Assembly (NCBI GenBank): GCA_036397615.1
Contig: DASWIQ010000118.1
Coordinates: forward strand, 107,012 to 171,011
Direction of reading: 5' to 3'
DNA: 64,000 bases
Origin: Steroidobacteraceae bacterium
Lineage (GTDB): Bacteria; Pseudomonadota; Gammaproteobacteria; Steroidobacterales; Steroidobacteraceae
A program made the translations under genes and the position numbers. Positions 63,991 to 64,000 of the stretch are shown one piece after another; within the stretch, counting starts at the first letter, position 1, and each line of letters opens with the position of its first letter. The notes under the pieces are model-generated. The model had not been told where the DNA came from. It searched no databases and saw only the letters and a list, made by a program, of their open reading frames with translations.

Positions 63991-64000
63991 GTTTCCCAGC

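Noticed and set aside
1-64000. Search by eye for tRNA/rRNA genes, CRISPR repeats, IS elements, integrases, and toxin-antitoxin or phage-defence genes
   Set aside because: The intergenic regions are short, mostly under 120 nt and at most ~320 nt. They contain no T-loop-like GGTTCGAATCC elements or regularly spaced repeats. No ORF shows transposase, integrase, restriction, Abi or toxin-type motifs. A tRNAscan/Infernal/IS search would be the definitive check.

Overview
High-GC (roughly two-thirds G+C by eye), densely coding chromosomal segment from a Gram-negative bacterium. The evidence for that is a TonB-dependent receptor, lipoprotein and Sec signal peptides, and proteobacterial gene content; the taxon cannot be fixed from sequence alone. 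I support about 57 protein-coding genes, 2 gene remnants, 2 intrinsic terminators and a few candidate operators. I saw no rRNA or tRNA genes, CRISPR arrays, transposases, integrases or phage genes, so this looks like core or accessory metabolism rather than a mobile island.

Gene content, left to right:
- GH20 hexosaminidase with a GlcNAc-type PTS (EIIA-HPr-EI plus EIICB).
- An overlap-coupled RidA / hydrolase / TatT / TatP / TatQM operon, i.e. a TPR-protein-associated TRAP transporter.
- A pirin-OsmC-pirin cluster.
- DUF1993, an M19 dipeptidase, and a DUF2339/DUF3999 membrane pair.
- A PAS-GGDEF-EAL protein.
- Amidohydrolase, SPFH/NfeD, and secreted NTF2/TPR proteins.
- An M49-like peptidase.
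- NadQ-like regulator with nadABC.
- VOC, DgcN-like, DoxX and PhyH genes.
- A ToxR/CadC-like TPR regulator.
- A six-gene minus-strand string ending in metK: hydrolase, wrbA, methyltransferase-like, MTHFR-like, metK.
- An IclR regulator divergent from a catabolic cluster: citryl-CoA-lyase-like, CoA-transferase, two MetE-like proteins, TonB receptor, VOC.
- PAP2, CocE/NonD hydrolase, GST/HxlR, secreted hydrolase plus MBL, a membrane AraC regulator, a class-V PLP enzyme and an amidohydrolase.

Best candidate for an undescribed system: the 41-54 kb region. The same TTTCG-N5-CGAAA palindrome occurs three times around one IclR gene. It links a TonB-dependent uptake and catabolic cluster holding two MetE-fold proteins to an operon of one-carbon/methyl-cycle paralogs (MTHFR-like, methyltransferase-like, MetK).

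Many long antisense shadow ORFs in the track are GC artefacts and were rejected. All family calls come from motif-level recognition by eye, not from database searches.
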